DNA from: an uncultured Gemmatimonadales bacterium
GTDB taxonomy: Bacteria; Gemmatimonadota; Gemmatimonadetes; Gemmatimonadales; GWC2-71-9
Assembly (NCBI GenBank): GCA_963748815.1
Contig: CAVVKJ010000019.1
Location: 32,001-96,000 of the forward strand
Length of the DNA stretch: 64,000 nucleotides
Reading direction: 5' to 3'
Shown here: in pieces, positions 59,373-64,000 of the stretch
Layout: each line of letters begins with the position of its first letter
Numbering within the stretch: the stretch's first letter is position 1
Notes under the pieces: model-generated
What the model saw: only the letters and a program-made list of their open reading frames with translations
Database searches by the model: none
What the model was told of the DNA's origin: nothing
Program-made: the position numbers and the translations under genes

Positions 59373-60814
59373 CCACGCGACACCTCGGTCTCCTCCTCGC
59401 CGGCGCGGCCCTGGTCGGCGCCGCCCCGTCTCTCGCGGCCCAGGACTTCGATCGCTCCAAGGTGCCCGCCGCCGGCGTCACCCCGACAGTCCCGTCGCCC
59501 GAGGTCCATCGCCGCACGCTGCCGAACGGACTGGAACTCTGGACCGTCACCCGGAACGACCTGCCCATCGTCAACGCCACCCTCGTCATCCGCGCCGGCG
59601 GGGCGGAAGACGGCGCGCTTCCCGGCCTCGCGACGGTCACCGCGGGGCTGCTCGACGAGGGCTCCACCACGCGGAACGCGATTGAGTTTGCCCGCGCCCT
59701 CGAGGGGCTGGGCATATCACTCAGCGCCGGCTCCGGCCTCGAACAGACTGCCGTTCGCCTGCAGACGCTCACCCGAACGGCCGACAGCGCCTTCGCCCTC
59801 CTCGGCGAGCTTGTCACCCGCCCCGCCTTCGCGCCCGAGGAAATCGAGCGCGACCGGCAGCTGCGGCTGAACGCCATGCGGGCGCGGCGTGACCAGCCCA
59901 CCGTCGTGGCGACGATGCTCTTCAACGCCGAGGTGTACGGCGCCGATGCCCCGTACGGTCACCCCGCCGACGGCACGCCGGCGTCGCTCGCGGCCATTTC
60001 GCAGGCCGATATTCTCGCCTTCTACCGCAAGTACTACCGCCCTGGCAACGCCGTGATGGTCGTGGTGGGTGACGTGACCCCCGACCGCGCCGCCGCGCTC
60101 GTCTCCTCGGCGCTCGGCGCGTGGCAGGGGAAGGCGGCGGTGAACGAGGCGGTGCCGGCGGCCCCCGCCCCGCGGGCCGCCACCGTCTACCTCGTGGACA
60201 AGCCGAAGGCGGCGCAGAGCGAGATCCGGATCGGCGGCGTCGGCGCATCCCGCACCAGCCCTGACTTCTACGCCCTGACCGTACTCAACACGGTGCTCGG
60301 CGGGCAGTTTAGCAGCCGGATCAACCTCAACATCCGGGAAAGCAAGGGATACACCTACGGCGCGCGGAGCAGCTTCACCTTCCTCCGCGGGCGCGGCCCC
60401 TGGCTGGCCAGCAGCGGTGTGGTGAGCGCCAAAACCGACAGCGCGCTGGTGGAGTTCATGCGGGAACTCGTGGACATCCGCGGCAGCCGGCCCGCCACCG
60501 AGGCGGAAGTCGCGTTCGCCACCGGCGCGATCGTGCGCAGCTACCCGCGGCGCCTGGAAACCAACGCCGGCACGGCGAACGAACTGTCGGAACTGGCGTA
60601 CTACCGCCTCCCGCCGTCGGAACTGGTGGGTTTTCAGACCAAGGTCGGCGCGGTTACCCCCGCCGACGTCGACCGGGTGGCGAAGCAGTACATCCAACCC
60701 GAGCACTTCCTCACTGTCGTCGTGGGTGACCTGGCCAGCATTCAGTCGAGCATCGAGGCGCTCAACCTCGGCACCGTGCACGTGGTCGATGCCGAGGGAC
60801 ACACAACCCCGTAA
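59369..60814 (+). CDS. M16 peptidase partner subunit (no HxxEH)
   Basis: LPNGL, LGGQFSSRIN.NIRE.KGYTYG. Confidence 0.9.
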   Translation: MTTRHLGLLLAGAALVGAAPSLAAQDFDRSKVPAAGVTPTVPSPEVHRRTLPNGLELWTVTRNDLPIVNATLVIRAGGAEDGALPGLATVTAGLLDEGSTTRNAIEFARALEGLGISLSAGSGLEQTAVRLQTLTRTADSAFALLGELVTRPAFAPEEIERDRQLRLNAMRARRDQPTVVATMLFNAEVYGADAPYGHPADGTPASLAAISQADILAFYRKYYRPGNAVMVVVGDVTPDRAAALVSSALGAWQGKAAVNEAVPAAPAPRAATVYLVDKPKAAQSEIRIGGVGASRTSPDFYALTVLNTVLGGQFSSRINLNIRESKGYTYGARSSFTFLRGRGPWLASSGVVSAKTDSALVEFMRELVDIRGSRPATEAEVAFATGAIVRSYPRRLETNAGTANELSELAYYRLPPSELVGFQTKVGAVTPADVDRVAKQYIQPEHFLTVVVGDLASIQSSIEALNLGTVHVVDAEGHTTP

Positions 60815-60816
60815 GT

Positions 60817-61149
60817 GCTCACGCGAAGGCGTGAATAGGGGGGCTCACGCGAAGACGCGAAGGGGGCTGTACAGTCAAAGTTTCCAATTTCTTGTAGTTT
60901 TCGGTTGCCTTCTTACAATTTTCCTCAGTTTTCCATCGTTTTCTGTGGTTTTGTCGCTGTTTTCACGCCTTCGCGGCTTCGCGTGACTCCAAAGGCCGTC
61001 ACCGTCAACCTCCACCAGGATCGACAGAAATTGAGCCATTTCTCGCAATTCTTCCGCATTTCCGGCTGTTTTCCGCTGTTTTCCCTCGTTTCTGTTGAAA
61101 TTAGCATGCCCCTTGCTCGGCTTCGCGCCTTCGCGGCTTCGCGTGAGCC
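60817..61149. repeat. Family C-bounded elements with 10-bp-phased T-tracts
   Basis: GGGCTCACGCGAAGACGCGAAG..phased TTTT..CTTCGCGGCTTCGCGTGA (twice). Confidence 0.8.
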
Positions 61150-61254
61150 GCTGACCTAGCCACCCGCCTGATCCGGCATCATCTTCAGTAACCAAGTGGA
61201 CCCCGGCCTTCGCCGGGGTGACGTGGGAAGTACCGAGTGTCCAAGGAGGCCCCC

Positions 61255-61686
61255 ATGCCCGAAGCCAAGACCAAACCCACCAAGGTCAGCGTCACCGAGT
61301 TCATCGCGTCGGTGCCCGACGAACGGCGACGCAAGGAAGCGCGGGTCCTGCTGAAGGTCTTCAAGGCCGCCACCGGCAAGCGCCCGGTGATGTGGGGGCC
61401 GTCGATCGTGGGCTACGGCAGCTATCACTACAAGTATGCGAGCGGGCACGAAGGGGACTGCTGCCTCACCGGCTTCTCGCCACGCAAGGCGGCCATCTCG
61501 ATCTACATTCTGGCGGGCTTCGCCGAGTACGGCGCGCTGCTCAAGAAGCTCGGGCCGCACAAGAAGAGTGTCGGCTGCCTCTACCTGAAACGGCTGGACG
61601 ACGTCGACCTCCAGGTGCTGGAGCGGATGATCCGGGCGTCGATCGCCGACATCAAGACGCGGGTGACGACCCTCACCTCCGCTTGA
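61255..61686 (+). CDS. DUF1801 family protein
   Basis: KTKPT..SV..FI, MWGPSIVGYG.YHY.YASG, GFSPRK, GCLYLK.L. Confidence 0.9.
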   Translation: MPEAKTKPTKVSVTEFIASVPDERRRKEARVLLKVFKAATGKRPVMWGPSIVGYGSYHYKYASGHEGDCCLTGFSPRKAAISIYILAGFAEYGALLKKLGPHKKSVGCLYLKRLDDVDLQVLERMIRASIADIKTRVTTLTSA

Positions 61687-62990
61687 CCCGCGACCCGGCC
61701 GCACCACTCGGCGACATCCTCGACCGCGCCCGCCTCCCGGCCCGCGCGGCCTTCGTCGGCATCCTGCTCCTCGCCACCCTCTCCTCCTTCGACTTCAGCC
61801 CCGACGGCGCACGAGTCGCCTGGCGGCTGGGCCGGGCGCTCAGCCCGAACGTCGGCGCGAGCGACGCCATCGACGCGCTCCGCAACCTGGCGCTCTTCGC
61901 CGGCTGGGGCGTCGTGTGGATGGCCACCGCCGCTGCGGGCCGCACCACGCGGCAACTCCTCGGAGCGCTGACGTCCGGCGCCGCCATCAGCGTCGGCGTC
62001 GAGGCCGCGCAACTCTTTTCCGCCACGAGAAACGCGAGCATCGTCGACGTCTTCACCAATACCGTCGGCACCGCCGTCGGGGCGGTCGGCTTCGTCTTCC
62101 TCGTGCGGCTCGCCGCCTCCCTCAAGGGCCGGCGTTCGTTCGTCGGGATTCCCGCCCTGGCCATCGCCGGTCCGTACGGCCTGGCCTGCTTCATCGAGGC
62201 CACCGTCCCCCTCTTCCGGCAGGACGAGGTGTTCGGCGCGTCGGGGGGGCCGTTCGGACGGATGAGCATCGCCCTCGGTTCGTTCAGCTGGCGATCGCTG
62301 CTCGACCTGCCGATCGAGGACTTCTTCCTCTTCCTTCCGGCCGGCGTCTTCGCCGTGGCGGCGCTCATCGAGGCCGACCTGGGCTACTCGTCGGCCCGCA
62401 CCCGAGTCGTGCTGTACGGCGCCGCGTTCGCGCTGCTCGCCGAGGTGCTGCACGGCCCGAACGGCCAGCCGATCGTGGCCGGGGCTGTCATCGTCCACGC
62501 CCTGGCCGTTGCCGCCGGTGCGTTCCTCGCCGCCCGATTTCTGCCGGATTTCTCGCAGGCATTGCGCGGCGCCGCTCGTCCCCGCTCCCTGCTTCGGGGA
62601 CTCGCCATCCTCATTGCCCTCTGGGCGCTCCGACCCTGGGTGCCGGAGTTCCTTCCGCTCTCCGAGCGCCTCTCCGCCGACTGGTGGGTACCGCTCGCCG
62701 CACTTGGCGGGCGGATGGATGTCTTCAGCGTGGCCGATGTCGTGGGGCCCTTCTTCCTCTATTTCCCGCTTGGCGCGCTGCTCGCCGTCTGGCCCTGGCG
62801 GCGAACCGGATGGATGGCCGACCTCTGGCCCGTGGTCTGGCTCGCCTTCGGCACCGAAGCGCTGCAGCTCGTCGTGCAGGGCCGCTTCGTCGATGTGACC
62901 GATCCGCTCATTCAGATCTCCGGCGCCGTCATCGGATGGACCATCATTCGCCGAGCCGGGTATCGTCCTTACGGAGAGAGCCACCCGTGA
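61683..62990 (+). CDS. VanZ-family multi-pass membrane protein
   Basis: NLALF..G, E..QLF..R...D...N; second VanZ-like repeat at C-terminus. Confidence 0.75.
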   Translation: MTRDPAAPLGDILDRARLPARAAFVGILLLATLSSFDFSPDGARVAWRLGRALSPNVGASDAIDALRNLALFAGWGVVWMATAAAGRTTRQLLGALTSGAAISVGVEAAQLFSATRNASIVDVFTNTVGTAVGAVGFVFLVRLAASLKGRRSFVGIPALAIAGPYGLACFIEATVPLFRQDEVFGASGGPFGRMSIALGSFSWRSLLDLPIEDFFLFLPAGVFAVAALIEADLGYSSARTRVVLYGAAFALLAEVLHGPNGQPIVAGAVIVHALAVAAGAFLAARFLPDFSQALRGAARPRSLLRGLAILIALWALRPWVPEFLPLSERLSADWWVPLAALGGRMDVFSVADVVGPFFLYFPLGALLAVWPWRRTGWMADLWPVVWLAFGTEALQLVVQGRFVDVTDPLIQISGAVIGWTIIRRAGYRPYGESHP

Positions 62991-63541
62991 CCCTCAAGCG
63001 CGCCGACGTCATTCATCAGGGCCGCATCATCCGGCTCGAGCGGCACACCGTCGAGTTTCCCGATGGCAGCGAGGGACAGCTCGACGTGGTGCGCCATCCA
63101 GGCGCCGCGGCCGTCGTCCCCTTCCTCGACGATCCGACGGCCAACGACCCCCGCATCCTCCTCATTCGGCATTTCCGCCACGCCGCGGGCGGCTGGCTCT
63201 GGGAAGTGCCCGCCGGGAAACTCGATGCCGGCGAGCAGGCGCACCCCGAGCGCTGCGCCCATCGGGAATTGCAGGAGGAGACCGGCTATTCGGCGGAGGC
63301 CGTCACCCACCTGCTCTCCATCGTGACCACGCCCGGCTTCTCCGACGAGGTGATTCACCTGTACATGGCCACCGGATTGACCAAGGGGGTCCACGCCAGG
63401 GAGGCGGACGAGTTCATGGAGCTGCACGAGCTTCCCCTGTCCAAGGTGCAGAAGATGATACAGGACAAGGAGATAACCGATGGCAAGTCGCTCGTTGCGC
63501 TGCTCTTCGTCCTCAATTTTCGGGTCGGCGCCTCGGGATAG
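62987..63541 (+). CDS. NUDIX hydrolase (ADP-ribose pyrophosphatase-like)
   Basis: VRHPGA, EVPAGKLD..E..CAHRELQEETG, TPGFSDE. Confidence 0.92.
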   Translation: MTLKRADVIHQGRIIRLERHTVEFPDGSEGQLDVVRHPGAAAVVPFLDDPTANDPRILLIRHFRHAAGGWLWEVPAGKLDAGEQAHPERCAHRELQEETGYSAEAVTHLLSIVTTPGFSDEVIHLYMATGLTKGVHAREADEFMELHELPLSKVQKMIQDKEITDGKSLVALLFVLNFRVGASG

Positions 63542-63546
63542 GTCGC

Positions 63547-63572
63547 GCTTCCCCGCTTCCCCGCTTCCCCGC
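63547..63572. repeat. CTTCCCCG tandem repeat (family D)
   Basis: Same tract at 7978-8002. Confidence 0.65.
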
Positions 63573-63586
63573 CTATCTTTCCCCGA

Positions 63587-64000
63587 ATGGGCACCCATTC
63601 GTACGGCACCTTCACCAAGGCCCTCGACGCCGGCAAGTTCGCGCCTGCGTACTACTTCCTGGGCGCCGAAAATGTGTTGAAGGACGAGGCCACCACCGCC
63701 CTCCTCGACAGGGTGCTGGACCCGGGGCTCCGCGACTTCAACCTCGACGTTCGCTCGGCGCAGCAGCTCGAACCGGAAGACGTCCTCTCGCTCTGCACCA
63801 CCCTGCCGATGATGGCCGATCGCCGGGTGGTCGTGGTGCGCGACGTCGAGGCGTGGAAGCGGAAAACCCGCGGGAAGAAGGCCGTCCTGCAGTACCTCGA
63901 GAAGCCGATTCCCGAAACGGTCCTGGTGCTGGTCCAGGGCGCCGGCGGCGAGGCCAAGGACGACAAGCCCGACACCGAGCTCGCCAAGCACAGTTACACG
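63587..64000 (+). CDS. holA: DNA polymerase III delta subunit, 5' part
   Basis: Manual translation: PAYYFLGAENVLK..RDFNL..TLPMMADRRVVVVRD. Confidence 0.85.
   Translation, partial: MGTHSYGTFTKALDAGKFAPAYYFLGAENVLKDEATTALLDRVLDPGLRDFNLDVRSAQQLEPEDVLSLCTTLPMMADRRVVVVRDVEAWKRKTRGKKAVLQYLEKPIPETVLVLVQGAGGEAKDDKPDTELAKHSYT

Noticed and set aside
60875..61195. Small ORFs in the T-tract blocks (also 57149..57601, 22953..23204, 32589..32993)
   Set aside because: Atypical codon usage, no RBS, and translations simply reflect the repeats

Overview
GC-rich bacterial chromosome window (gene content suggests Gemmatimonadota; this is inference only). Many genes are broken by apparent single-base frameshifts, probably long-read assembly errors. 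Bases 1-23,000 hold housekeeping and accessory genes: a KimA-like K+ transporter divergent from kdpDE, tRNA-Phe, a PLP decarboxylase, upp, a beta-CASP RNase, an ArsB/NhaD transporter, a diheme cytochrome c, iorAB and a Ca2+/H+ antiporter. Bases ~23,000-48,500 form a conflict/defence hotspot: RHH + nucleotidyltransferase + macro domain, GxxExxY, MerR-vWA, a UDG-like gene, DUF429 and HP0729-like/HEPN, then an AT-richer island with a Dna2-like nuclease-helicase, DUF6946, type III R-M, GmrSD/DUF262 and sacsin-DUF3883. Next come an addB-addA-pafB-pafC-like operon, an M16 peptidase pair, DUF1801, VanZ, NUDIX and the 5' part of holA. Two signals stand out. (1) Eight intergenic copies of TGTCA-N11-NANNNT have the geometry of the actinobacterial PafBC-activated promoter. 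They lie upstream of the addBA-pafBC operon itself and of several uncharacterised genes, suggesting a non-actinobacterial PafBC-like DNA-damage/defence regulon. (2) A GxxExxY nuclease gene is bounded by perfect 26-bp inverted repeats built from a CGCGAAGN octamer. About a dozen dispersed copies of the same repeat occur: some enclose 10-bp-phased T-tracts, one pair encloses a cargo gene and one copy interrupts a gene, suggesting a nuclease-associated mobile repeat family. No CRISPR array, integrase or rRNA was seen.
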